Shown piece by piece: positions 1 through 10,400 of a stretch of 64,000 bases of DNA. Below the pieces are notes generated by a model. It had not been told where the DNA came from, searched no databases, and worked only from the letters and a program-made list of their open reading frames with translations. A program made the translations under genes and the position numbers. The DNA lies in the IMG/VR virus record IMGVR_UViG_2816332268_000002, positions 40,465-104,464 of that record. One strand, written 5' to 3'. Origin of the DNA: a virus. Lineage: Duplodnaviria; Caudoviricetes. Positions within the stretch are counted from its first letter, which is position 1. Each line of letters begins with the position of its first letter.

Positions 1-359
1 AGGACAACAGCGGTGGGACTGGATTCCCGGTGACCGTGATCGTGTGCTCGGCTGACAACCTGAACGGCACGCCGGAGGTGCAGGAGTATTTCGAAGTCGT
101 CAACGCGACCGCGACCAACTACACGGTGTCGTGGACTCTCGGTGCGGAGAACGGCCTGCAGAAGATGTTCCCGAAGCGGATCCAGCGGCGCGACTTCTGC
201 CAGTGGATCTATCGCGACGGGAGCACCTGCCGCTACAACGGCCCGATGCAGGTATGCGATCGAACGATGGAGGGAACGCTCGGCTGCCGAGCTCACGGCA
301 ATGTGATCAACTTCGGCGGATACCCGAACCTGGTTTCCTCGAATTCTGTTACCCGGTAG
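1..359 (+). CDS. Minor tail tip protein, lambda gpL-like (5'-truncated)
   Basis: Frame is open from the window edge; C-terminal Cys pattern CQWIYR..C.Y...C.......C......FGGYP typical of gpL; followed by K- and J-like genes. Confidence 0.85.
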   Translation, partial: DNSGGTGFPVTVIVCSADNLNGTPEVQEYFEVVNATATNYTVSWTLGAENGLQKMFPKRIQRRDFCQWIYRDGSTCRYNGPMQVCDRTMEGTLGCRAHGNVINFGGYPNLVSSNSVTR

Positions 360-360
360 A

Positions 361-380
361 ATAAGTCACTTATGACTTAT
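361..380. promoter_or_regulatory. Palindromic operator-like site
   Basis: ATAAGTCA-ctta-TGACTTAT, perfect; contains the ATG at 372. Confidence 0.8.
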
Positions 381-758
381 ATTGACCTTCTCGGCGCCCC
401 GTTTGAACTCGGTGGCCGCGGGCCTGATTCGTTTGACTGCTACGGGCTCGTCATGCACCTCACGGAACAGGCGACCGGTAAGCGCCCGCCGGATTACGGG
501 GTGTCAGGGGATGCAGCGCGTATCGGGGCAATGATGGCCTGCGCCCGTGTTTTCTGGAAAAAGCTCGACGGGCCGAAGCCTGGCTGCTGCGTGCTTTTCC
601 GGATGGGGCGCCACATCAACCACTGCGGCTACGTCATCGACGCAAACCGCTTTATCCACGCTTGGGACAAGACCGGCGGCGTGACGATTGAGCGGCTTTC
701 GGATTGGGAAAAGAGCAAGAGGGTTTTCGGGTTCTATGAGTATCAGCATGCAGAGTAG
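372..758 (+). CDS. NlpC/P60 tail assembly protein (gpK-like)
   Basis: GAPFELGGRGPDSFDCYGLV, HCGY and FIHA NlpC/P60 motifs; lies between L and J. Confidence 0.88.
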   Translation: MTYIDLLGAPFELGGRGPDSFDCYGLVMHLTEQATGKRPPDYGVSGDAARIGAMMACARVFWKKLDGPKPGCCVLFRMGRHINHCGYVIDANRFIHAWDKTGGVTIERLSDWEKSKRVFGFYEYQHAE

Positions 759-3700
759 CGAACTGGCGCAGGTCATCAACGTCCGGCGTATCGTCAACCC
801 ACTGGATCCACTCTACGAGATCGAGACGGAGCATTGGGCTTACCGGCCGGGTGCCACGCTTGCCGACTATTTGCCTCTGGTGCTGGTGGAAGAAGTAGTG
901 GTGTCGCGCAACGGCGGCATCGTGGAGAGCAAGGATTTCGGGCTGGTATTCCCGCAGCCGGACGACTTCATCGTGCTCTGCCCGATCCCGCGCGGTGGCG
1001 GCGGCTTCAAGGGCATCTTTCGCATGATTGCGATGGTTGCCGTCGCGATCGTCGCGCCCGAGTTGGCGGGCGCGCTTGTGTCGCTCGGCGGCATTGGCCT
1101 GGCAGCAGCAGTCGGCTCGGCCGGTTTAACCGCGATCACCGCGGCAGTGACGGTTGGCATCGCGGTCGCTGGCTCGCTGTTGATCAACGCGATTATGCCG
1201 CCTCCCACGCCGACGAACAGCTCGAACAACAGTCTGTCTTCGAGCTCGACATACGGTGCCGATGGAGCAAAAAACACCAGCGCCGAGGGACTGCCGGTGC
1301 CGGTTTGCTATGGTGCGTTCCAGATGGCAGGCAACATCATCGGCGCCTACACCGAGAACGTCGACAACAGCCAGATCCTCTACATGCTGATCAACGCCGG
1401 GGAAGGCCCGATCGCGTCGATCTCGAATATTCGCCTCAACGATCGGGACATCAGCGAGTTCAAGGAAGTCGCGGTGCAGACGCGTATGGGCGATCCGACC
1501 CAAGGAGTGATCGACTGGTTCTCCAAGGTCATCGTCCCGCACAGCAAGAGCCAGATTCTCCCGCACGATAGCAGCTACCTGCAGTTTTCCACGTCCGATT
1601 CGGTCGAACAGGTTCGCCTGGACTTCACGTTCCCCGCCGGCTTGTTTGCGCTCGATCGCAATTCGGGCGACATGCAGACCAACACCTGCGTCATTGAGGC
1701 AGATTATCGCCTCGTGGGTGCAACTGATTGGACGCCCTTCAGCGCGACCCAACCGTCCTACAAGAACGTCAAGATCCGACCGAAGATCTACCGAGGCGGC
1801 TTCCTCGGTAACGATTACCCCAGCGACCCCAGCGACAAGATCACCGATTTCGCGATCGTGTATTCGGACACGAATACCGATGTCGATAGTTCGCTCGTCG
1901 CTGCGCTGAAAAACCAATACTGGAACTACGTCGGACGTCCATACTCGACATGGCTGAGCGCCTTCGGCGGAATGTGGATCTCGACGTCGATCTCGATTCC
2001 CGGACGCGGCGGCGCGTTGATCGTGACGGAGAAGATGCGTTCAACGGTGCGCCGATCCTACTTCACGCCGCAGCTGCCGCTCGGGAAGTATGAGGTTCGC
2101 GTTCGGCGCAACGAGAACTACACCGACTGGACCAGCGGCAACCCGCGCGTTATCCGCGGCCAGCCTATCACTGGTGACACGTCGCAATCCGAGTGCTATA
2201 TCACGGACCTGAACGAGATCGTCTACGAGGGTGTCGCCTATAACCACACGGCGCTCGTGGCTCTGCGCGTTCAGATGGACAGTCAGCTGTCGGGCATCCC
2301 GTCGGTCACGTTCACGAACGGTGGTCGGCTTATCACGACGATGACGCGCGACAAGGGTGTCATCCAGACGGCACAGTCGGCAAGCGCGAACCCGGCCTGG
2401 GTCTACTACGACATGGCGACGAACGGTCGCTATGGTCCGGGCTTCAGCCCGGATCGACTAGACATGGACTCGCTGTTCGAGTGGGCTGAGTTCTGCGACT
2501 CCAATGGCCTGACGTTCAACGCGGTTCTCGACCAGACGATGAACTTCTGGGATGCGTCCGCGTATGTGCTGCGCGTTGGTCACGCTCAGGTCATCACGGT
2601 CGGCACGCGCTACTACATCGCGATCGAGCGCGCATCCGATCCCGTGATGATGTTCGGTATGGGCAACATCATGCAGGACACCTTCAAGCAGACGTGGCTG
2701 GGCACGGTCGATCGCGCGACCGAAGTCGATGTGACCTACTTCGACCGGACGGACGGCTACAGGGAAAAGACCGTCAAGGTCACCAACCCGGATTCAGTGC
2801 TTGAAGGGCAAAAGCAGAACGCGAGCGCGATCACGCTGTATGGCGTGGTCGACATCAAGCGCGCCTACATGGAGGGCGCCTTCCAGCTCAACCTGAATCG
2901 CTACCTGCAACTGACGTGCGAGTGGCAGTCCCCGGTCGAGTCCATCGCGTGTGCGCCGGGCGACGTGGTGCTGGTGCAGCACGACATGCCCGCATGGAGC
3001 GAGTCGGGTCGCACGGCCGCTGGCTCGAGCAACAGCGTCATTAAGCTCGACAAGCTCGTCACGATGGAGGCTGGCGGCCGCTATCGCCTGCTGGTTCTGA
3101 GCAACACGGTCACGCGCGGGACGTCGGTAATTCAGGCGATCACCGGGACTTTTGTGCAGGTCGCCAACGGCACGCCGTCGGGACGGCTGATGCGCCTGAC
3201 GAACGGGGCGGGCGCCGACGTCGGCATCACCAACGTGCTGCCGGATGGAGTCTATGTCGAATCCACCGCTGGGCTCTCGGTCGGCCAGCCGGTCACCTTC
3301 ATCGACACCGATGTCGTGGAGGAGCATGACGTCGTCCTGGCGCCGGGGCAAACCGACACCGTCCAGCTGGTGTCGCCGATGTCGTATGCGCCGGGTCCGT
3401 TCATCAACTATATGTTCGGGAAGACGGAGAAGGTCAAGAAGCCGTTCCGCATCAAGGGTGTGACGCTTGGATCGTCCGATTTCCATCGGACGATCACGGC
3501 AATCGAGTATCGGCCGGAAGTCTACGACCTGTCCCAATACGAAGAGGTCTACGGCTCGCTCGAGGTGCCGTCTATCGATCCGTCGCAAGGCGTGATCAGT
3601 GCCGTCCAGAACCTCACGATCTACGAGGAGACGTTCGTCTCCGGCACGCAGATCCTTACGAACGTGCGGGCCGCATGGGCGAACCCGGTGGTTGGGGCGT

Positions 3701-6700
3701 ATGCGGGCGCTGACATTCACCTGTCGATCAATGGGGCGACGCCGGTGCTCGCTGACACGGTCCGCGGGGATACGAGCTATCTCGTCAAAGGGCTGAACAA
3801 GGGTGACACGGTGACCGTGCGCGCGGTTGCGTATGACATCTGGGGCAAGCGCGCGAGCTACGATCAATCGCCCACGGTGACCTACAAGGTGGTCGGCTCC
3901 GTCTCGAACCTAGCGGTCGCCGATGTAACCGGCGTGAACTTCATCTGGGCCGGCAAGGATCTGAAGCTGTTCTGGAACTACAACTCGACCACGCAGTCGT
4001 TCGAGTTTGGCTCCGAGCCGAACGGCGCGGACAGCGGTTCGCTGGACCCGCACTTCCTCGACTACGAGGTGCGCGTCTACGACCACAGCCACAAACTTCT
4101 GCGCGTCGAGCACACACGCGACAACAACTACATCTACACCTACGAGAAGAACGTCGCCGACGGCACGCATCGCCGCGTGACCGTCGAAATCGCCGTGCGC
4201 GACGTCTTCAACAATGTCGGCCGGCCCGCCGTCATGGACGCCTATAACCCGCCCCCGACGGTGGTATCTGCGAACCAGAGCGCCGACTACGATCGCGTGA
4301 CGATCTCCTACACGCACTCGGACGATACGGACTTCGCTGGCGCGGCGATCTATCTGAGTGATGATCCGAACTTTGTCGCGGACTCGACAACCCTGGTTTA
4401 CCAAGGCCCGGACAGCTCTGTGCTGCTGCCGAACCTGATGTTCAACCACGACTACTACTACGTGCTCGTGCCGTTTGATGCGTTCGGAATGGACGAGACG
4501 ATTCCGACGCCGAAGTTCAAGTTCCACACGCCGTTCATGGACGTTAATGCGATTGCGGACGGTGTGCTGAATGGATCGAAGCTCATCCCCGAACTTCAAC
4601 AGCGGATTGACCTCGTTGACGGGAACGGCCTCGGCTCGGTGAACCAGCGTGTGCAGGAGGCGATCGACACCGCGAACAAGGCGATCGCGGCGGCGAGCGC
4701 TACATCTGCGGCAGCGACTAAGGACGCGCTCGATGCGGAGGCGGCAGCCCGCAAGGTCGCAGAGGGCGCACTCACCGCGGCCATCACGACCGAGCAGCAG
4801 ACGCGCCAAGCGGCTGACGATTCGCTCTCGAGCCAGGTCCAGTCGGTGACGGCGCGGGTCGATCAGAACGCGGCGGCCATCCAGACCGAACAGACTGCCC
4901 GTGCGAACGCTGACAGCTCCTTGTCGACCCGAATCGATACCGTTGTCGCCACGACGAGCAACAACACTGCGGCCATTACCAGTGAGCAGAAAGCGCGCAC
5001 CGATGCAGACTCGTCGCTGTCGACCCGAATCGACACCGTGACTGCATCGGTTGCGAGCGCCAACGCCGCAATCGTGAACGAACAGACCGCGCGCGCAAAC
5101 GCCGACAGTGCAAACGCGTCGAGCATCAGCTCAGTGCAAGCGCAGCTGGGCAACGCGCTCCTGTTCCGTGTCTCGAGCAACGGTGCATCGGCAGTGGGTG
5201 CCGCCGCCACGGGCCTTTACAACGCCGTGTCGGGCGTGAAGCTGCAGGGTGGTGCACGCAGCTACAACGTTGCGACGGTCGACGCAACCGGCGCCGTGAC
5301 AGCGCGCGGATCATTCGACGTTTTCAGCAGCACGGCGGCGCGCGACAATCTGGTGACGCTGTTGAACGGCTTGCCGAACACGGTGACGGTGGTTGTGTGG
5401 ACGTTCGACGAGCCACAAGGGAACCTCGCCGGCGCGCTTCAGAATGCGCTGGTGCGCTGCGGCGCGACCAATGCAGTTCTGTCGCAGGTTAAATATCGAT
5501 CCGCCTACATTCTCGTAGGCGTGCCAGGCAGCAACGAGGGTTCTGGCACCGAGCTATACGCCGGCGCGGTCGACAGCGACACGAAGGCGTTCCTGACATA
5601 CACCTTCCAGGTGCTCAACGGGAGGCCCGTGGCAACGGCCGGCGGCCAGCTCCCGATGGTGATCCAGGCGAGTGTGACATCCGAGACGAATGCGCGCGTG
5701 GCGGCCGATGGCGCGCTGGGGTCGCGAATCGACGCGGTTGTGGCAAGTGCGGCCGGCAACACCGCGGCCATCACGACCGAACAGACCGCCCGTGCGAGCG
5801 CCGACTCCGCATTATCGACCCGCATAGACACGCTGTCGTCGACGGTAGGCAGCAACACAGCCGCGATCACGACCGAGCAGAAGACGCGCTCGGACGCTGA
5901 TAGCGCGCTGTCGAGCCGAATCGACACACTCGCGAGCTCTGTGAGCTCGAACACCGCAGCGATTACGACCGAGCAGACGGCACGCGCGAACGGGGATAGT
6001 GCGAACGCGGCGTCGATCACGAACCTGACGACGACGGTCAACGGCCACACGACCACGATTCAGCAGCAGGCAAGCTCGATCAACGGCTTGAATGCGCAAT
6101 ACACCGTCAAGATCGACAACAACGGGTATGTGGCGGGCTTCGGCCTCGCGTCGACGACGGTAAACGGTGTGCCGACGAGTGAGTTCGCTGTCCGCACCGA
6201 TACCTTCTCCGTGAACCTGCCGGGCTACGCGGGCGTGCATCCGTTCACGATCGGTGCAGTCTACGGTCAGCCGAAGGTGATCATCAGCAGTGCGCTGATT
6301 GGTGATGCGTCGATCGACAACGCGAAAATCGGCGACTTGCAGGTGAACACTGCAAAGATTGCGGACGGCTCGATCAACAGCGCCAAGATCGGTTACGCTG
6401 CGATTCAGTCAGCACACATTGGCGAGGCGCAGATCGACACCTTGCGGATCGGCCAGAACGCCGTGACGACCGGTGTGTATTGGGAAACAACAAGTGGATC
6501 CAACTACGGATCGGGCTTCACCTATCGGTCAACGGGCAATCCAGTGTTGTTTATCTTTGCTGGTTTGTCGACAAGCGCCTTTGGTGGCGTTCTCAGCGTC
6601 GACGGTAAGCAGCTTGGTGCATACATTGGCGGGCGAACAAACCAACAAAACAATGTCGCCATGGGCCTCCCTCTGCCGACCTATGGATGCTGTTCGGCCA

Positions 6701-6780
6701 ATCTTGCACCCGGCGATCACTCCGTGTCGATTACCGGTGACATCCATTACGTCATCTACGCAATCGAGTTCAAACGATAA
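748..6780 (+). CDS. Tail tip / host-specificity protein (gpI-gpJ fusion type) with coiled-coil repeats and an inserted ILEI/GG-like domain
   Basis: ATG at 748; N-terminal ..PRGGGG + hydrophobic stretch (gpI-like); VPVCYG, GEGPI and NPAW J motifs; repeated AAITTEQTARAxADSAL; C-terminal YTVKID..GYVAGFGL. Confidence 0.9.
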   Translation: MQSSELAQVINVRRIVNPLDPLYEIETEHWAYRPGATLADYLPLVLVEEVVVSRNGGIVESKDFGLVFPQPDDFIVLCPIPRGGGGFKGIFRMIAMVAVAIVAPELAGALVSLGGIGLAAAVGSAGLTAITAAVTVGIAVAGSLLINAIMPPPTPTNSSNNSLSSSSTYGADGAKNTSAEGLPVPVCYGAFQMAGNIIGAYTENVDNSQILYMLINAGEGPIASISNIRLNDRDISEFKEVAVQTRMGDPTQGVIDWFSKVIVPHSKSQILPHDSSYLQFSTSDSVEQVRLDFTFPAGLFALDRNSGDMQTNTCVIEADYRLVGATDWTPFSATQPSYKNVKIRPKIYRGGFLGNDYPSDPSDKITDFAIVYSDTNTDVDSSLVAALKNQYWNYVGRPYSTWLSAFGGMWISTSISIPGRGGALIVTEKMRSTVRRSYFTPQLPLGKYEVRVRRNENYTDWTSGNPRVIRGQPITGDTSQSECYITDLNEIVYEGVAYNHTALVALRVQMDSQLSGIPSVTFTNGGRLITTMTRDKGVIQTAQSASANPAWVYYDMATNGRYGPGFSPDRLDMDSLFEWAEFCDSNGLTFNAVLDQTMNFWDASAYVLRVGHAQVITVGTRYYIAIERASDPVMMFGMGNIMQDTFKQTWLGTVDRATEVDVTYFDRTDGYREKTVKVTNPDSVLEGQKQNASAITLYGVVDIKRAYMEGAFQLNLNRYLQLTCEWQSPVESIACAPGDVVLVQHDMPAWSESGRTAAGSSNSVIKLDKLVTMEAGGRYRLLVLSNTVTRGTSVIQAITGTFVQVANGTPSGRLMRLTNGAGADVGITNVLPDGVYVESTAGLSVGQPVTFIDTDVVEEHDVVLAPGQTDTVQLVSPMSYAPGPFINYMFGKTEKVKKPFRIKGVTLGSSDFHRTITAIEYRPEVYDLSQYEEVYGSLEVPSIDPSQGVISAVQNLTIYEETFVSGTQILTNVRAAWANPVVGAYAGADIHLSINGATPVLADTVRGDTSYLVKGLNKGDTVTVRAVAYDIWGKRASYDQSPTVTYKVVGSVSNLAVADVTGVNFIWAGKDLKLFWNYNSTTQSFEFGSEPNGADSGSLDPHFLDYEVRVYDHSHKLLRVEHTRDNNYIYTYEKNVADGTHRRVTVEIAVRDVFNNVGRPAVMDAYNPPPTVVSANQSADYDRVTISYTHSDDTDFAGAAIYLSDDPNFVADSTTLVYQGPDSSVLLPNLMFNHDYYYVLVPFDAFGMDETIPTPKFKFHTPFMDVNAIADGVLNGSKLIPELQQRIDLVDGNGLGSVNQRVQEAIDTANKAIAAASATSAAATKDALDAEAAARKVAEGALTAAITTEQQTRQAADDSLSSQVQSVTARVDQNAAAIQTEQTARANADSSLSTRIDTVVATTSNNTAAITSEQKARTDADSSLSTRIDTVTASVASANAAIVNEQTARANADSANASSISSVQAQLGNALLFRVSSNGASAVGAAATGLYNAVSGVKLQGGARSYNVATVDATGAVTARGSFDVFSSTAARDNLVTLLNGLPNTVTVVVWTFDEPQGNLAGALQNALVRCGATNAVLSQVKYRSAYILVGVPGSNEGSGTELYAGAVDSDTKAFLTYTFQVLNGRPVATAGGQLPMVIQASVTSETNARVAADGALGSRIDAVVASAAGNTAAITTEQTARASADSALSTRIDTLSSTVGSNTAAITTEQKTRSDADSALSSRIDTLASSVSSNTAAITTEQTARANGDSANAASITNLTTTVNGHTTTIQQQASSINGLNAQYTVKIDNNGYVAGFGLASTTVNGVPTSEFAVRTDTFSVNLPGYAGVHPFTIGAVYGQPKVIISSALIGDASIDNAKIGDLQVNTAKIADGSINSAKIGYAAIQSAHIGEAQIDTLRIGQNAVTTGVYWETTSGSNYGSGFTYRSTGNPVLFIFAGLSTSAFGGVLSVDGKQLGAYIGGRTNQQNNVAMGLPLPTYGCCSANLAPGDHSVSITGDIHYVIYAIEFKR

Positions 6781-6789
6781 GGAAGCAGC

Positions 6790-7149
6790 ATGCAGGACTA
6801 TTTGATTTACGACAGCGATGGCCGAATCACGACGCGTGCCCGGATGCCGGACGCAATGATCGACATCCAAGTCGTGCCAGAGGGAGGCACGCTGCTGCGT
6901 GCACAGTGTGACATTGCTCTGGACTGGGTCGAGGCAGGCGAAGTTAAGCGTCGCCCGGCCAATCCGGCCACCATTGACGGGATGTCGCTCAAGAACCTGC
7001 CGGCGCGATGCACGATCGTCGTTAATGGCGAAGCGCATGAATGCGCCGACAATAGCGCAACCCTGTCGTTCAGCCAGCCGGGCACCTATCCGGTGATCGT
7101 AAAGGCGTGGCCGATGCTCGATGCAATTTTCGAGGTGACACAAGCATGA
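6790..7149 (+). CDS. Tail-associated hypothetical protein
   Basis: RBS AAGGA; directly after J in the same operon. Confidence 0.7.
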   Translation: MQDYLIYDSDGRITTRARMPDAMIDIQVVPEGGTLLRAQCDIALDWVEAGEVKRRPANPATIDGMSLKNLPARCTIVVNGEAHECADNSATLSFSQPGTYPVIVKAWPMLDAIFEVTQA

Positions 7150-7334
7150 AGATCCATCACGAGGTCGACCCGACCCCACTGCGGCAGGCCGACTACCAGG
7201 ACGTCGGTGAGCAGCTCGACGCCATCATGAAGGGGTTCGACGCGCTGGCGCGGCAGGGCATCCAGCTCCCGGGCGAGACGCTCGAATGGATCCGACACTG
7301 CAACGAGGTGAAGGACCGCTACAAGAAGGAGTGA
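7146..7334 (+). CDS. Small tail-associated protein
   Basis: ATGA overlap with previous gene; R.ADY.DVGEQLDAI motif common in tail-adjacent small proteins. Confidence 0.65.
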   Translation: MKIHHEVDPTPLRQADYQDVGEQLDAIMKGFDALARQGIQLPGETLEWIRHCNEVKDRYKKE

Positions 7335-7352
7335 ACTCGGCTTGTGCGTGCC

Positions 7353-7381
7353 TTGTAGATAAGTCAGCAATGACTTATACT
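7353..7381 (+). promoter_or_regulatory. Promoter TTGTAG-N17-TATACT with the palindromic site filling the spacer
   Basis: ATAAGTCA-gcaa-TGACTTAT at 7359-7378, perfect. Confidence 0.8.
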
Positions 7382-7416
7382 CGCCGGAACTAGAAAGTCG
7401 GCAAGGGCACTCACGG

Positions 7417-10400
7417 ATGGCACAACTCAAGGTCAAATGTTCGATCGACAACGGCGGTCAGACCGTGACGTTGCCCGGTCAGAACGTGGCATACCGCATT
7501 CGGGCGAACAATATTTTCCTGATCGTTGGAGAGTATGTGCCCTATGTGGTTGCCGCCGACGCGACCTTCGATGGCACGAGCACGAAGTTCACGCTCGCTG
7601 GTGCCTATCAAGGGCAGGGTGGTGTCGGTCTTGATTGCGCTGTTGCGACGGACTTCACCGTGCCGGACAACCTCCCGACGCTTTCGCAGGGCGATGTCGG
7701 CACAGCCGCGATCTTCACGAAGGCGATGTATCAGATCCAGGACATGATCAAAGAGGTCAGCCCGGAAGGTTTTGCCGCATCGATCAGTGAGATCCACGCC
7801 AGTCTGAACGGAGCGCAACAGGCACAGGCCGCTGCAGCCGGTTCGGCCGGCGCAGCCGCGGACAGCGCGGCGAACGCAGCCGGCAGTGCGACTGCAGCGG
7901 CAGGCAGCTCAAGCGCGGCTGCAGCGAGCAAGTCTGCCGCTGCAACGAGCGCGGCCAACGCAAAGACAAGTGAGACGAACGCGGCTGCATCAGCGACCGC
8001 GGCCGCGAACTCCGCCACGTCGTCCGCGAACAGCGCTTCGAACTCGGGTTCTTCTGCTTCTGCGTCCGCAGCAAGCTCTATCAGCGCAGCAAACAGCGCG
8101 ACAAATGCGGCAAACTCGGCAAGCGCTGCGGCAGCATCAGCAACGAACGCAAAGGCATCCGAGACAAATTCGAAGACGTCCGAGACGAACGCGAAGACCA
8201 GCGAGACGAATGCAAAGGCGTCGGAAACGAGCGCCGCGTCGTCGAAGGCTGCTGCGGCAACGAGCGCAACCAATGCTGCGAACTCGGCAACCGCTGCTGC
8301 GGGTTCGGCCACGGCCGCTGCCGGCTCGGCGAGCGCGGCGAGTGCATCGGCATCGAGCGCGAGCAGCGCGCTTACGCAGGTTCAGGGCATCCTGACCACA
8401 ATGAACGCCCTGTATCTGGGCAAGCAGTCTGCCGACCCGACCAAGGATAACAACGGTAACCCGCTCGTCGTGGGCTGCGAGTATTTCAACACGACGACGA
8501 ACCAGATGCGGGTCTACACCAGCACTGGCTGGCAAGACCAAGACGCGACTGCCGAAACGATGGCAGCGAACGCGACCGCGAGCGCATCCCAGGCTGCCGG
8601 ATCGGCCACTGCCGCCGACAACAGCGCCGCAGCTGCCGCGAGCAGCGCATCGTCGGCCAGCTCGTCGAAGGCTGCAGCCGCAACCAGTGCCACCAACGCG
8701 GCGAATTCAGCCAGCGCCGCGGCCGCCTCGCAAACCAGCGCGGCGACGAGCGCAACGAATGCGGCAAACAGCGCAACGGCCGCGGCGAATAGTGCTGCGC
8801 AGGCCCAGACTGCAGTGAGCGGCTACGCCAAGCTTGACGGAAGCTCGCCGTTCACGGGGCCGGTCAGTGTCAACAGCGCGCCTACTGCTACGAGCGCGCA
8901 GCTCTCCGTTAAGGGCGCGTCCGGCGCAAACGGCGTCGAAAGCAAGATGCGGTTTTGGGGCACGTTCGGTGGCACCAATACCGATACCGGGTCGCGTCTC
9001 ATCGCCTCAGTTCGGGCAGGCTTCGACGGCGGAGCATGGGGCAAGGAATACCTGGACTTCCTCGTAAACAATTCCGCAAATGATTCTCAGAGCGACGCCA
9101 ATCAAGCGCGCGCGATGCGGCTGACGTTCGGCGGTCGAGTGCTTGTGGGTGATACGTCCGACGACGGTTATTCGGGCCTACAGGTCGCAGGAAGCGGGAC
9201 GTTTGGCGGTGGTGTCACGTCTTCGGGTCTTGATCGCGGCGGTGCGAATTTCCGGCTGATGAACGGCAAGGACGTGCTGCTGCGAAATGATGGTTCGAAC
9301 TTCTACTTCCTGCTTTCCAATGGAAGTGGCACCGGGGCATCGTGGAACAACTATCGGCCGCTTACGATCAATGTTGCCACGGGTGTCGTGTCAATTGACG
9401 ACACGGGAGTAGGGACGTATGTCGGCGGTCAACTGAACGTCAAGGGCATGCTCAACGTGAGCAACGGTCCTGCGGAGGGGCGCGCACTCTTCGGCCCGAG
9501 CGGTGGTTACTACTTCGGAAGCGCGACTCAGGCTGGGTTCTATCTCCCATCTTCCGGGGCGATGTTCGCGTTCGATTTCGCCAAGAAGAATCTGGTTATC
9601 GGCAGTGGGAGCGAGGTGTGGCATGCAGGGAACCTGTCGAGCCCGGCGCAAACGACCGGCATCACTATGTCTGGGCAGTTTCTGGCCGCTGAGGGTTCGG
9701 TAGGGACGCCGGGTATTGCGTTTGCGAACGATGGCGCGCCGGACACTGGCTTTTTTCACGTTGCTGACGGCGTATTTGCAATCACCAATAACAGCCGAGA
9801 AACGATGCGGTTTCTGGCTGCTGACGGAACCTATCAGAATAACCGCGTGCTCATCGGCACGACCGTCGACGACGGCAACATGTTGCAGGTCGGCGGTAAC
9901 GCTGTTACTCGCGGACTCCACCGATTCGGCAGCGGCGCAACCACGGCGTGGGTAAACAGTGATGCCACATGGGGTTACTTTCGCTCCAACGGCAATGTGT
10001 CGGTCGGGAGTGAAGGTGCTACAGGCTCGCTGCAGCTGCTTGCAGGGAAAGCAGAGGCCGCGCGGCTGTATCCGGGCGGCCGGATGACGATCGGCGGAAT
10101 CGCTGACGACGGCACTACGTCTCTCCAATCGAAGGGGGCGATCAAGGCGATAGGGTCGGTTGGCGCGTTCGTGGCGACGAACGGCGGCGGCGATAAGCAG
10201 ACCTCGATCATCCTTCGTCGGGAAGCCGCCCCCACCGATCAAAAACAGTGGGAAGTTCTTCACGGCGGCGATGGCGCGTTCACAATTCGGGCCGTGAACG
10301 ATGCCTATAGCCAGGCGCAGGACGCGTTCTATATTTCTCGAGGCGCTGGCATCGCGGCAGGCAATATCGGCCTGATGCCGAATGGTGGGCGAGTCCTCGT

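Noticed and set aside
7810-8815. Ala/Ser repeats as a DNA tandem repeat or DGR target
   Set aside because: Protein-level fibre repeats with diverged codons; no reverse transcriptase, TR/VR pair or invertase seen
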